Below, one piece after another: positions 1 to 12,899 of a stretch of 64,000 nt of DNA; within the stretch, counting starts at the first letter, position 1; every line of letters begins with the position of its first letter. The stretch spans positions 40,052,001 through 40,116,000 of the forward strand of contig NC_083284.1 in the NCBI RefSeq assembly GCF_963506605.1. Reading direction: 5' to 3'. Both the position numbers and the translations under genes were made by a program. The DNA comes from Zootoca vivipara. Taxonomy: Eukaryota. The notes below the pieces were generated by a model. It was not told the DNA's origin. It did no database searches and worked only from the letters and a program-made list of their open reading frames with translations.

Positions 1-1958
1 TGTAAAAGAAAAAAAAACCCAAGCATAATTTTTCAAACAGCCCTTAGTTATTTCAGTTTATTTGCGTTTTCAAGGGAGCATTTTATGAAGCGTGTTTTCC
101 ATTTTCGTTACCGTGTCTGCAAAGCATATATGCAAACACATTCTGGTGTTGTTGGCTTGCCTGCTTCCACCAAACAAACACTGCAGTAATAAAATCTCAA
201 CTGAGGAGAAATTGATAAAGAGCACAAACGGCACGTGGATGGTACCAGAAACTCCAGATGACATTTTGCAAAATATTTGCTGAAAGATTTTATTGTTGTG
301 GTTAACAATTGCTGGTCCTTAGACACGCCAAGCAATGATACACAGTGGAGTCTCTCTTTTCCCACACTTGGTGTGTCCAGTCTTTTCCATGGGCACTGTT
401 TGTTTTCAATCAATTTAGCAATTATAATCAAGCAGAACACCCACCAGCAGACAGAATGAAATGCAGAATAATAGCCCTGCCTCTGTGTTGGGCATAACAG
501 CCTTTCTGTAGGGAGCAGCGGGGAGACATATAATCTGACAAAAGTTTGAGTCTTGGAGATAAGATGTAGCACATTTGCCGTATAGTGTACAGGGGAACTC
601 AAGTTGCTTATGTAGTTAAACCTGTTGAATTAGAAGCCTGCCTGGAGCATCAGGCTCCTATCAGCACTGGGAATTTACGGGAATTGAGTTGAGTGATGAA
701 AGCACATCTGATGTGCACAAACCATACAGCCCAGCTATAGAGCAGCAACTGAAATGTTTGAGTGCCACCAACTGTTTGCACCAAATCACTTTCAGAAACT
801 CTGGTTTTTTACCTTGCTAGCTCAGAGATGTAGAACCTCAGACCCAGGGACCAAATGTGGCCCTCCAGAATTCTCTGCCAGGTCCCCAAGACCCTCACCA
901 GGCCAAACACCCTTTAATGGGTCCACACCCCATTTTTGCATGACTGGAATGCAACCTTGAAATCTGATAGTTTCTCCTGATTGTCTGGATGAAGGATAAA
1001 AACTGAAAGGGGCAGATGTAGAAACTCACTTGCTGTACAAAGGTAGATTTTATGTTTGTTGCTCCACCGCCTTTTGTCTCTGGCCCCACCCACCGCTGCT
1101 ATGTATTTTCCACAGAAAATATCCCACTTCATATCTTTATTGGTAACAGTGAATAGATGCATGTTATAAGTACAGTACAATGTTAGGCAAGCTTGACAGT
1201 CCCAAAGTTTTTATCTTTATTAACTACAAGTAAAATAAGCATGCAAGATAAGATCACTCTCTAGGGCATAAAAAACTCTATTTTTTCTAATGCAAATTAC
1301 TCTCTGCAAATTACTCCAATTTGCACTGGAGAATTTCCCAGAAAACCCACATTACTGACGCAATTTTATAATAATGGCAAATATTTGGCAAATATTTGCC
1401 AAATGCAAATATCCGTGCACCTCTACTTTCCCAGTTAAGCTCTGCATATATACTGGTAGGCTCACTGCTTTAATTATAAACACTTCAAAGGAAGACATTT
1501 CTAAATTAAACATATGAAATATCTCTTCCCTTCTCCCCTAATAATTGGTGGTGTTTGGCTGACCATTGATTACAAGTTTTCATTTATAATTTGATAAGCA
1601 TGTTTCAAGATCATGAGAAGTGCATGTAAGTATGAGAAAGTTAACCTAGGAAATGGAAGGGTTTCTTTTAAATTTTAGTACAGTATTGATATTCTGGATA
1701 AGAAATGGATCTTGTTTGTCAGTCCCCCAGAGCTTGTGTTACTGGTGATCTCTGTTAATAACATGACAGCACCAGGGCTGGAAGCAAAACCCATTAACAT
1801 TCAGAACAAGATCTTTCATAGGATCTTGACCCAATTATTGTTTGTTAGATCTGAAGGCCACCTTTTCCAAATAGTTGTTCCATATAGCAGTGTTGTATTT
1901 TCATAGTCCATATTTTCATCATCAGTCCTGGATTTCTGTGGTGCTACATGGTAGCTTA

Positions 1959-2308
1959 GGGATGCTGGTGGCGCTGTGGGTTAAACCACAGAGCCTAGGG
2001 ATTGCTGATAAGAAGGTCGGCGGTTCGAATCCCCATGACGGGGTGAGCTCCCATTGCTCGGTCCCAGCTCCTGCCAACCTAGCAGTTCGAAAGCACGTCA
2101 AAGTGCAAGTAGATAAATAGGTACCACTACAGCGGGAAGGTAAACGGCGTTTCCGTGTGCTGCTCTGGTTCGCCAGAAGCGGATTTGTCATGCTGGCCAC
2201 ATGACCTGGAAGCTGTACGCCGGCTCCCTCGGCCAATAACGCGAGATGAGCACCGCAACCCCAGAGTCAGTCATGACTGGACCTAATGGTCAGGGGTCCC
2301 TTTACCTT
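1959..2308 (+). mobile_element. Sauria SINE, full length
   Basis: tRNA-like head (A box TGGCGCTGTGG, B box GGTTCGAATCC) and (ACCTTT) tail. 14-bp TSD tacatggtagctta at 1945-1958 and 2309-2322. Confidence 0.9.
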
Positions 2309-2537
2309 TACATGGTAGCTTAAGAATGATTGTTGCATTTCCTGCATAGTGACACTGTGCTTTCTTGGAAGTAGGTGTTCAATGTGACTTACAGTACTTA
2401 CATGAGTAAGTGTGTAGTCTAAAGCAGTGTTTCCCAACCGGGGACCATATGGTCTCCTCACCCCCGCCCCAGCCTAGCCATAGATATTCCCACACCCCTG
2501 TTTCTACCATTGAACAATACTTTCACTTAGACTAATG

Positions 2538-2788
2538 CAGGGGTCAGCAAACTTTTTCAGCAGGGGGCCGGTTCAGTGTCCCTCAGACCTTGTGGGGGGC
2601 CGGACTATATTTTGAAAAAAAATAAGAAAGAATTCCTATGCCCCACAAATAACCCAGAGAGGCATTTTAAAGAAAATGACACATTCTACTCATGTAAAAA
2701 TATGCTGATTCCCGGACTGTCCGCGAGCCAGGTTTAGAAGGCGATTGGGCCGCATCCAGCCCCCGGGCCTTAGTTTGGGGACCCCCTG
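2538..2788 (+). mobile_element. hAT MITE family 1 (~250 bp)
   Basis: Termini CAGGGGTC...ACCCCCTG. Perfect 8-bp TSD gactaatg. Confidence 0.9.
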
Positions 2789-3848
2789 GACTAATGCCAT
2801 CATCTTCTTAATACCTTATAAGTCAAAGGCAATAGTTTACTTGTTTGCATTGCAGTAAAGTTCCAGGTTAAACCATGGTATGCAGTACAGTATTAATGTA
2901 GTAGTAGACCTGATGCTAGCAACTGGGCAACTGACCAAGTATCCACTCAATCCTGGCAAGGGGTCCAGATTCCTATAATCCTCCTGCTGCTGCTGCTGCT
3001 GTTCTGTAGCAGACTAGTATTGAAGATGCACACCGTTAGTTCTGTATGAACAGAAAGACTAGAGGACAGCATGTGAAGAATCTGGAAATTAAAGAATGCT
3101 CCTCATTTCGATGATCTAAATTCTAAAAACTTGATTGAAGGGACAAAATATTTCAGCATAACAGCAACTCTTATATTATTAGCAGTTTTATCACAAAAAA
3201 ATATGACACTCTCTCTTCATGGTAAGCATAAACAGTGTCTACAGCAAAAATATTGGCTCTTAATGGCCCTTGAAGTCACATGCATGGACAACCTCATGGA
3301 TTCTCGTGGCTTTTTATGATGAAATGTATGCTGTGTCCTTTGTAAATGGTATAGAAATTAGTATTAGCCTTATCTAAAATGCTCTGCAAAAATACAGGAA
3401 CCACATGCCAAGGAAAACAGTAGCTGCTACAGTTTCTGCTTGCCTTGTGGTGTTGGGATCCCTGCCAGAATTCAAGATGGCATACTTGCTTCCTTAAGGC
3501 ATTCTGACCAGGAAAATGTTATTAGGATCATGTCCATTGAAATAATATGCATCACTTCAGTGTTCAAATTGCTTCACATGCATACTACAACAGTCCTGAG
3601 AGGCAGGTCAGGAATATGACCTCCATATGGCTTAAGGCCACCTTGTGAATTTGTGATATGACATGAAATCTGAACCTGCAGCCCTGGATCACGGTTCATT
3701 CTTATCCACTTCACTGAAAGCAGCTGTGTAGAAGGCTCCTATACAAATTTCAAGGCTAGTTTTCTCCTTGTTCCCCCCCCTCACCATATATTTAAGGCAC
3801 TTATTTTCACCCCTTTTCACAAGGACCTCAGCCTGGTATAGAATCACA

Positions 3849-4232
3849 GACGCGGGTGGCGCTGTGGTCTAAACCACTGAACCTCTGGGGCTTGCCGATT
3901 GGAAGCTTGGCGGTTTGAATCCTCACAACAGGGGTGAGCTCCCATTGCTCTGCCCCAGCTCCTGCCAACCTAGCAGTTTGAAAGCATGCCAGTGCAAGTA
4001 GATAAATAGGTACTGCTGCAATGGGAGGGTAAACGGCGTTTACGTGCTCTCTGGTTTCTGTCACAGTGTTCCATTGCGCCAGAAGTGGTTTAGTCAAGGT
4101 GGCCACATGACTTGGAAAGCTGTCTGTGGATGAATGCCATCTCTCTTGGCCTGAAAGTGAGATGAGTGCCGCAACCTCATAGTCATCTTTGATTGGACTT
4201 AACCGTCCTGGGGTCCTTTATCTTTACCTTTT
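3849..4232 (+). mobile_element. Sauria SINE inserted in the tail of an older SINE
   Basis: Homologous to 1959-2308. TSD tatagaatcacaga at 3837-3850 and 4233-4246. Confidence 0.88.
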
Positions 4233-4340
4233 TATAGAATCACAGAGCTGTAGAGTCAGAAGGGGCACAATGGCCATCTAGTGCAGGAATAGGTCATCCA
4301 AAATGGAGCTCAAACCCACAACCCTGAGATTAAGGGTCCA
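4233..4340 (-). mobile_element. Degraded tRNA-Lys-derived SINE with CR1-type tail
   Basis: Reverse strand reads cttaatctcagggttgtgggtttgagc (tRNA-Lys-like) and ends in an ATTCTAT-type tail. Confidence 0.55.
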
Positions 4341-4391
4341 TTTTCACCCCCTTTTTATTCTCACAACAGCCCTTTGAGGTAGGCTAGGCTG

Positions 4392-4463
4392 GCGTGCCTG
4401 GCATGCTCTGGTCCATGGGGTCGCGAAGAGCCAGATACAACTAAACAACTAAACAACAACAAC
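4392..4463 (+). mobile_element. RTE-BovB 3' tip
   Basis: gtccatggggtcgcgaagagccagatacaactaaac(aac)n, the same 3' end as the 42815 element. Flanked by aggctg repeats. Confidence 0.75.
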
Positions 4464-4940
4464 AGGCTGAGAAATAATGACAAGCCGAAAGGTTATGACC
4501 TTTGTAGGGAAATGAACCCAGATAGTCTTGGTGGCCCTATATCATGCTGCTTTTAGTGCAAGATAAATTTCTCCAAAATTTTGCTCCACGTGTATGTGTG
4601 TGTGTGTTTTATTTAACATAAAAGCAGGTCCAAACCAAATGATATGTGGTGGCTTGTGAGCTTTCAGCACACACAGCAAATGTGTATTTTTTCTTGGAGT
4701 GCCTTATTGATACATATTTTCCCCTTGTCTAAGCATTCCTCCCCCCCCTGCCCTGTTCAGCTGTGAGCACTCCCAGCACAGTTAGTTTTTCCTTGTCAGC
4801 TTTTCTCACTGCCCCACTCTCCTCTTTAAGAATGAAACACAATATCTTAACCAAACAGATACTGAAGAGGCACATCATTGGCTGGCATTGTCCCCTGATA
4901 GCACGGGTCCCGCCTCTTTGGTTGTGCTGACAAGCTGTTT

Positions 4941-5078
4941 ATGTTATTGCAAGGCCACCCTTTAACTCAGCCTCCTGGTGGTTATAATGGGACCAATTGT
5001 CTGAATGCTGCAGGGAGCAGGATCCTCTCTTGGAAAGAGGCTGCATTTCAGTGCCTGGAAGGACATAATGGAACGCCT
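4941..5078 (+). other. TRIM2: Candidate TRIM2 alternative first exon A (possible in-frame N-terminal extension)
   Basis: Ends gga cat aat gga acg cct|gtaagt (GHNGTP), resembling the recalled human long-isoform exon end GRYGTQ. Strong donor at 5079. Phase 0 and in frame with the 26326 exon. Confidence 0.6.
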
Positions 5079-5185
5079 GTAAGTAAGCTCCTAACTGTCC
5101 CACCTTTTAGGGGAAAAAAATATATATCCTAGGATTACAGGAAATCCTTATTTAGTACAGTTCTTGTGCTTATGATTCAAAAAAG

Positions 5186-5187
<2 letters not shown>

Positions 5188-5231
<44 letters not shown>
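5188..5231. repeat. (GT)n microsatellite; others at ~9380, 39002 and 59657
   Basis: Seen directly. Confidence 0.95.
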
Positions 5232-5232
<1 letters not shown>

Positions 5233-6289
5233 GGGAAGGAAGGTTGAATCTTTTGAACGAACAGCAGCTACTTTGTATTCAGCAACATGCTTCTGAGGAC
5301 TCCTCTATTCATACCTCAAATGAGAGTGAGATCATCCTGGAGAGGAACAGAAACAGATGGAACAACTTGCGGGATAAGGTTAACCAGACAAACTTGTTGA
5401 AGAAGATCTTTTACAACTTTTTTTTAAGAAGCATAACTGTGACTTGATTCTTCCCTAAGTGCTTCTTCTTAAAACATATATTAAGGTGCAGAAATTCATC
5501 CGAAAGTAGACAAGATGTGAGGTGTGTGTGTGTGTGTGTGGATATTGAACACCGTTCTTTAGAAAACTGAATGTTTTTAGAAATAGGCATGCTGTAGAAC
5601 ACAATGCTTCAGAAAAGTGCTGGGCAAGTGCTGTTGGTTCTCCAAGATGTATTTATAGGAATAAATAGGTTGTGCTCTGCAGGGTCTGAATAAACTGGTC
5701 TGCCTAATCAGCTGAAGCATTTTTAGGCTCACAGAATGGAAGAATGAATTAAACACCCCAGCCTCCATGGGCAAGTTACGGAACCAATCTTAGCCTTTAG
5801 ATAAAATGGTAAAATTAATCAAAAACTTTTAAGTTATTGTATAGGCATGAAGTGCTTCTAAAGAGGATTCTCAAAACCCAGTGCTGGAATGGTAAACTTC
5901 ACTATATTACCACCAGTATCAGTTGTGGGAGCTGATTTTAGCACAGTGTCACTCAATTCCTGAATCATAAAGACCCCATTTTCTAAATAGAGAAGATAAA
6001 GAGATAGCAGGTAAACTACGTCTCCTAAGCTGCAAGGGATGTAATTAACTTTTAGAACTTCAACAACTGATATCTTGCCTTGCCTTTCATTTAATTGCAA
6101 AATTCCTCCCAACAGTCTCTTCTAATAAGGAGTAAATTTCCTGAGGGAGTTTGCTTTGGTTAAAAGAACTACCCAAACTTCATAAAGCGATCAGACACAC
6201 AAAATATTAGGTGAAGCCACCAAGAAAGCAGACTCTTCTTGTTCTGGCAGTTTCCTGTGCTTTTCACAGCTGCTTTACAGGCTAACATT

Positions 6290-6850
6290 TGTTAACGGAG
6301 AAATCTGAGAGCTCCCTTGGACAAGGACACCAGCCAGGAATATCAAAGCAAAACAGCAGCCATTAGGCTTGGTCTTTATTGAAGACTGTAGCGACAGGAC
6401 TCCCACCTGCCACCAGGTGGAACAAGATGAAAGCCCCGAACAAAGAGGGCCCTTAACTTTTGTTAGCTGCTAATCCCATGTTACACCCCCCCAAACTACA
6501 TCACGAATACATCATGGTTACATCATGAAAGGGGAGGTCTGGTGGCAGTAATCTGAGCATCGTGGACCCTGCCCCCTGCCTCCCCTTGCCCTCCACCAAA
6601 CATCAGTCAGGTGTAACATAAGAGATATTTACGTTTCTTTGTTTCCCAGCCAAGTTAACCACACCCTTTTGTCTTCATCTGGGCTTGTTATTTGTGGAAT
6701 GGCTACCTGTCTGGCACTCAGGTACCGTATCAGGATGCCAGGGATTATCACTCGGGCAGAGGGGCTGTTGAGTAGCTGAGCTTACATGTCTATATGAATT
6801 TCTGAAGTTTCCCCAGTAAACCAGTACATAGATACATTTATCAGTGAATT
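6290..6850 (-). mobile_element. Possible solo LTR, minus strand
   Basis: Begins TGTTA with TTTATT ~85 bp inside, the layout of a reversed LTR. The other boundary and TSD are not resolved. Confidence 0.4.
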
Positions 6851-7115
6851 GTTACATTTGGTATTGTGTTGCAGAGGCCCTTTGAATAGATACGAAGAAA
6901 CTGTGATGAAATGTTTTGTGGGGACAAATCACAAAAGTCACAAAAGTGAATGTGCTGATTTTGGTAGTGGGCTGCATGTGCATGATGTCTGCTGGAGGGG
7001 CAACCCCCCCCCCCAACCTATACATAAATTCCTGCAACACATTTAATAGCTGCAGCTTTCCAGGTGATGAGTTGATCACCTGTTGAATTTCCATCAGCCA
7101 CTGAAGGTGTTTGAA

Positions 7116-7476
7116 CAGGCATCGGCAACCTCCGGCCCAAGGGCTGCCCATGAACCAGCTCGGCAAGTCCCCCACACGCTGCGGTAAACCGGCGCAACAC
7201 AGCACGGGGACTCGCCGAGTGGCCCCGGAAATCACGTCTACGCAGCCACGGACATGCGCAGAAGCCATTTCTGGTGCTGCGCTGCCCATTTCCAAAATGT
7301 CCGCAGCACCAGAAATCGCTTCATGCACAGCTGTGGACATGAACAGAAGCCATTTCCGGTGTTCCGGACATGCGCAGCGCGGCACCGGAAATCGCTTCTG
7401 CGCCTGTGCAGCCCATGTCCGGCCCGTGGACGGTAGTCCGTGGGAATCCTCCGGCCAAAAACGTTGCCGACGCCTG
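7116..7476. mobile_element. hAT MITE with GC-rich palindromic interior
   Basis: TIR CAGGCATCGGCAAC / GTTGCCGACGCCTG. TSD tgtttgaa / tgttagaa. Confidence 0.85.
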
Positions 7477-9653
7477 TGTTAGAATAACAGTAGTCTTGCT
7501 AGGAAAAGAAATGGAATAGCTCTCCAGAAAAATCTTCTTAAGCATACTTGCATTTCAGTTTCATAATATTTTATGTGGTATCTAATATGTCAGATGCTAC
7601 TTAGAAAGAGAAAGTCCTTTTGGAAAACATACTAATAACTTTATGTTTTGAGATGTCTCCTGAAAGAAGGCTCTGGGTGTAACTTATTTGCATATGGTAA
7701 TATTAGTCCAATAATTGTTGGAATATTTTGGAATAGCTGTTAGAATATTTAATACATGTTACAATATTTTTCCTCCAAAAAAACACATTACCGTAAGTTA
7801 CATATATTTCCCAGGTTGCTTTCCCCCTGGAACAGAAATGGGGATTCTGCAGCCCTCCAGATGTTGCTGGACTCAATTCCCATTATGCTTGACCACTGTA
7901 GGCTGAAGGGAGCTGGGTCCAACAACAGCTGGAGAGCCACATGTTTCTGACCCTAATCTAGTCCTGCTATCTTTGCCAGTTGAACCGGAGTTTTCTGTGT
8001 CTCTGCCATCTGTAACTGCGGCAGCTACTACAACATGTATTTAAACATTTATACTGACAAGAATGGAGACAGACCCAGGGAAAGAGAATCTGATAAGGAT
8101 CGTTTCAAAATTCATTGGCACCAATCCTATTTGTTAGCTCACCAACAAATAAACCTGTACAGAGTTCTGTTCTTCAGTAAATGAACAACTTTTAAAGTAT
8201 ATTTTAGCCTGGAATGTCAACATTGTTAACAGAAAGTGGCTATCACAATTTAATACATGTGGGAAATGTAAAAATGGGTCTACGTATCACCTGGGAAATT
8301 TGCCTAAAGCACACACCTCTCTGCTAATCTGATTGAAGGCCCAAAAGCAGGGATAGGCAATGTGATGCCTTCTAGATGTTTTGGACAACAGTTCCCACCT
8401 TTGCTGACTTTTGGCTGATGTGAGTTTGGGTCCAAAGTATCTGAAGGGCATCTGGGCACCCTGTCCTGAAGCTTTGGAGGAAAATGTCAACTTTTCCGTC
8501 TCCTGCAATTCTCTGTGTCACCTCTGCAGCACTGGCACCAAAATGTTGTCTACTTTTATGGGTTCCCAGTGTCAGTGTGAGGGTGTGCTGGGTGGAAAGT
8601 ACTTTCCTTAGTCAAAAGGAGCATCCTTTTAAACATGTTCTCTGCGGTGTCTGTCAGGAGTAAGTCAGCCAAGTTTATTTGCTCCTTAATTTTGCTTTCA
8701 CTGTTAAGTCTTCATTGACTATCAACTGATGATGTGTTATAAGACTCTCATAAATCAGACATCATCTCAGAGGGCACCCATATTGCCTCATAATACCTTG
8801 AATATAGTACTTTTCAATGAAAGAACTTCCTGTGTTCAAACTCTGAGAATCAATGAAGCTGCAATTCGGTACCCAGGTTCTTAGGCAGAAGACCCACAGA
8901 ACTAAATGGCTTACTTTTGAGTAAATGTCTAGTGCATTGTGCTGTAAGAGTAAGGGTGTGATGGCGTGCTATTTATGTGTGTGTGTGAATTGGGCTCTTC
9001 AGATGAAAAATAGGAAAGAATGGCAAATAACAAGGATAACTCTTGTGACTCCTGGTATGAGTATATAAAGTTAGGAAAAGCTAATCCTGGGCTCACTCAG
9101 AACTGCACTGAGATTGCAAAGCCATTGTTTGCTTCCAGTTTCACTACTGCACTCAGATGACAGATAATGCGCTAATTTGGTGCTGTTGAGTTAAATTGGG
9201 AGGGGTTGGAATGCAAAGTAATCTGATGGGCTTTGAGCTACAGTTGCTGATTTGAGCCGGGCCACCTGTGTTTATTCTGCCAGTCCGTGATTTGCGGTTT
9301 GGACTAGCAGATGGCAGCACAAAGATCTGCACAAAGCCCCTGTCTGGCTTGAAAGTGGGCATGCTTCACTTTCTCTCTCTGTGTGTGTGTGTGTGTGTGT
9401 GTGTGCGTTTTTCGGTCGCTTTCTGCATATCTGTATGCAAATCTCCACTTAGAAACTGACTGAACTGTGTCAAAATTCTGCACAATTATGTGCCAGGCCA
9501 GCTGGAAGGAATAATATTGTGACAGGGCTGCCTGTGACAGTCCTAACGCCCCACCTGGGTCAGCTGGTGTCATTGCAGTGAATTGTATGATCTGCAGCTA
9601 GGGGGGTGTGGTGTTTGCAAGCTTCACTCTCTCCTCTGTGATTACATCAGACT

Positions 9654-9929
9654 ATGAATCAGGTCAGCTGGAGCCGGGCTGGAGGGTGTGCAGGATTTAG
9701 CTTTCTGAGCAAGCTTCTGTCATCCTGGCATTTTGACCAGTTTGAACCGTGGTGTGTAGGCAATGCACTTGATCCCTCTCAGCATGAATTTCATTTGTTC
9801 TTTCAATTCCCTCCCGCCCCGCCCCAAGCATGGTTTGTCAGGCATAGAGACTTGCATACTGATACAAAACTGGAGACAGGCTGTAGATCCGTACTGGGTC
9901 TGGTTGTAGGAATATTTTCATTGGCACTG
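9654..9929 (+). other. TRIM2: Candidate TRIM2 alternative first exon B
   Basis: Repeat-poor, motif-dense region. Donor ctg|gtaaga at 9930. ATG 9654 is open for 92 codons to the donor, phase 0. Confidence 0.4.
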
Positions 9930-11263
9930 GTAAGATCTAATGCTGCTTTCAAGGTACACTGCTGAAATTCTAAGATATATTTCCCTGGCAGTCAGCTAAA
10001 CATGCAGTCTTTTGAAACAATTTTTAAAGAAATGCAGGTTTGAAATGGACAGCTATTGGGTATTTTAAGACTCTGAGATTCAGATTACTTCAACTTGTGA
10101 AATTCTACTGACAACCGGATAGAATGTGCCTTTGTGTTCATGATAGATCTGGTGTGTGAATGGTCTGGATGTTTAACACAATAAATTTTACCCCTAGAAG
10201 AACTCCGAGTAAATAGGTTTTCACTATATTGTTTGCTTTTTCTCCTTTTCCATTTTCACTACATCGCTGGTGCAGGTCGAAAGTGGTGACAGCCTTTTAA
10301 TTTGTAGAATTGTAACATTCTGTATATCCCACCATGGAATAGTGGAGCAATGGATTTGGAAGGAAGTTATTGCTGGGTTTTGTTTTTTTTACTGGTTAAG
10401 TTTTACTACAACGCCTTGCATTAATTTTCATTACAAAGCTTCTGTTGAAGTGTTAGAAATCTCAGCAAAAGTGTGTTCTTAACAGCAATTCTGCTGTGTT
10501 GATGCAGGAGCGTGAAAGATGAGAGAGGGAGGGGGAGGGAGGGAGGGGGGAAGGAGCACAGTGCCCCTCCCCCCAAGTTTGTTTTGGGAGGAGAGGGTGT
10601 TGGCCCCCCGCGTGAAGTCAACAGCTGGCATTTTGATAGCTTTCTGCCTGCAGAATATCTATTTTAGAATTTCAGTCATTGGAGCTTGAGAGTACAGAAT
10701 ACCATCTTGACAGTTACAAAAAGGGGGGAAAGGACTTTTGCCCAGTTCTGTATGTCAGGAGTTGTCTGGCTGTCGGAAGAGATTGTGGGATGCTCTGTAA
10801 GCTGGAAGAGCCATGAGAAAGAAAACAAATATTTCCTGATTTATATATATATATATATTTTAAATCCTGGCTCAATGCCAGGCTTCTTGCTTGTGAAATG
10901 TGGAAAAGTGTCTATATTAGAAGAGGAATGTAGTCAAATTTTCCAGGAGAAAAAAACATTGTTGCTTTCAAACAACTCTTTTTAAGTTGGTTCATCATTT
11001 GTTTCCTGTTGTGTGCATTTTTAAACCAAACCCAAGCGTGGTAACCGCCTTCTATTTCTTTTGGTGGAAAGAAGATGTTCAACAGATAAAGTAAGTTAGC
11101 AGACTGGAAGTGCAAGATCTTTTATTTGATTTTTTAAGTTTATTGCATTTAAATGTAAGGAAATGATTCCATGTCTGCTGAGTCTGGAAGTGGTGATTTT
11201 ATTTAAAGGCATTTCATCTACTTTTGTCTTTGTACAGTTATTCAATAACACCTTATTACTTAG

Positions 11264-11463
11264 TTACAGGTAGGTAGCCGTGTTGGTCTGACGTAGTCGA
11301 AACAAAATAAAAAAAATCCTTCCAGCAGCACCTTAGGTAAAGGTAAACTAAGTTTTTGTTTTGGTATCAGCTTTCATCTGCATGCACATAAAAGCTCATA
11401 CCAAAATAAAAACTTAGTTGATCTTTAAGGTGCTGCTGGAAGGAATTTTTTTATTTTGTTTCG
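11264..11463. mobile_element. Penelope-like element fragment with internal inversion
   Basis: 14-bp TSD accttattacttag. The left part is the reverse complement of the right part and of 55211-55329. Confidence 0.8.
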
Positions 11464-11812
11464 ACCTTATTACTTAGGCTAGGTGTTTGGATCTCAAATG
11501 ATAAGCACATAATAGGATTATAGGCATACATGATGGAAATAACAGAGAAAGGTGAGGAAAGGAGGTTTTGGTGTTCTAATGAGTTTGGATCAGAGGTTCT
11601 GTGAGCACATTACATAGTCTTAATAACATTTGTAAATTAACTGCTTGCGTTAAACTTATTATACAAGCAGTAATATTATTGCAGATAGCAACTGGAAACT
11701 GTTGGCATTCATTGAATGTTGACAATACTTGAATCAGGGGAAGTCAGTGAGTGAGAATCCCCAAGTTTCTGATATCCACAGTTAACAATTAATATAATTT
11801 GTAACATACTAG

Positions 11813-11948
11813 CAGGCACCCCCAACCTGCGGCCCTCCAGATGTTTTGGCCTACAACTCCCATCATCCCTAGCTAACAGGACCAGTGGTCAGGGATGATG
11901 GGAACTGTAGTCCAAAACATCTGGAGGGCCGAAGGTTGGGGGTGCCTG
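11813..11948. mobile_element. Palindromic hAT-type MITE family 2 (~135 bp)
   Basis: Near-perfect fold-back CAGGCACCCCCAACC...GGTTGGGGGTGCCTG. Flanked by tactag on both sides. Confidence 0.85.
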
Positions 11949-12899
11949 TACTAGGTGAGTTTTTAAAAAAAAAAACCTGCAATTTTTTTGTTTAGCCAGA
12001 ATGTAACCTTATAAGCAACATACAATGACTAGGCCTTTAGAAAACTAGGCTCATTTGAGATTGCAGTGGGTGGGGGGAGCTGTCAAATCCAGTCAGATGT
12101 AAAGGTTAAGTGATTGTTATGATGAGAGTGTCATTACTGCTTGCTATAAATAATGTGTGAAACTACTATGATGCATTGCTATGCAATCACTTATCACAGG
12201 AATGCTTCCTTTTATCATGCCAAATAATTACCCATCCTTGGGAACCAAGCTAGGAGGTGGATATGCTTATCACAGTCTGCCCTATTCTATTTTATCACAG
12301 TCTGCTTCTCCTGTTTACACAACTTCGGAAATCACTTTTGGTTTCTGACTTTCAGTGCACACTGAAAGCCCAAGTTACTAGAAGAGAATGAAACATGGGG
12401 TGGGGTTGGATGGTTCCAGGAAGGTCTATTTATGCACATTTAATAGGGAGTGAGGCCTAGTCCAGATACTGTTTTCAGCTGCATGGCAGCTGCTGTATCA
12501 TGACTGCTTCTCCCCTCATACTGAAGACCATGTGTCACATGAATGGGGTTAACTTAATGGTCAAGTCTAATGGTCAGGCTTCAGTAAATCTGCAGCTTTC
12601 CCCCACCACCCCAACTTTGAAGGTGCAGAAGTAGGTGGAAGCTGCACTGGCAGTTGTGTGGTGATCCCCACAACCTTCCCATCCCCAAAGATTGAAGAAA
12701 AACTGGGAGACAAGGCAAAGTGCACTGGCCATGGGATTAGCATGCCTTCAAGCAGTGGCGTCCATCAGGGGCAATACTAGGCTTTATTTCACCCAGTTTT
12801 GCAACCCCATTATGCATTTGCATACACACACACACTGGCTGGGAGCCTCAATGACGCCCCCTGGAGGATTCACTCGGGACAAAGAACTCCACTAGTCCC

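Noticed and set aside
1959-2040. tRNA gene
   Set aside because: The A and B boxes belong to the SINE head, followed by SINE body, tail and TSD.
6852-7545. ORFs of 123-177 aa
   Set aside because: They run through the GC-rich palindromic MITE interior and show no recognisable protein features.
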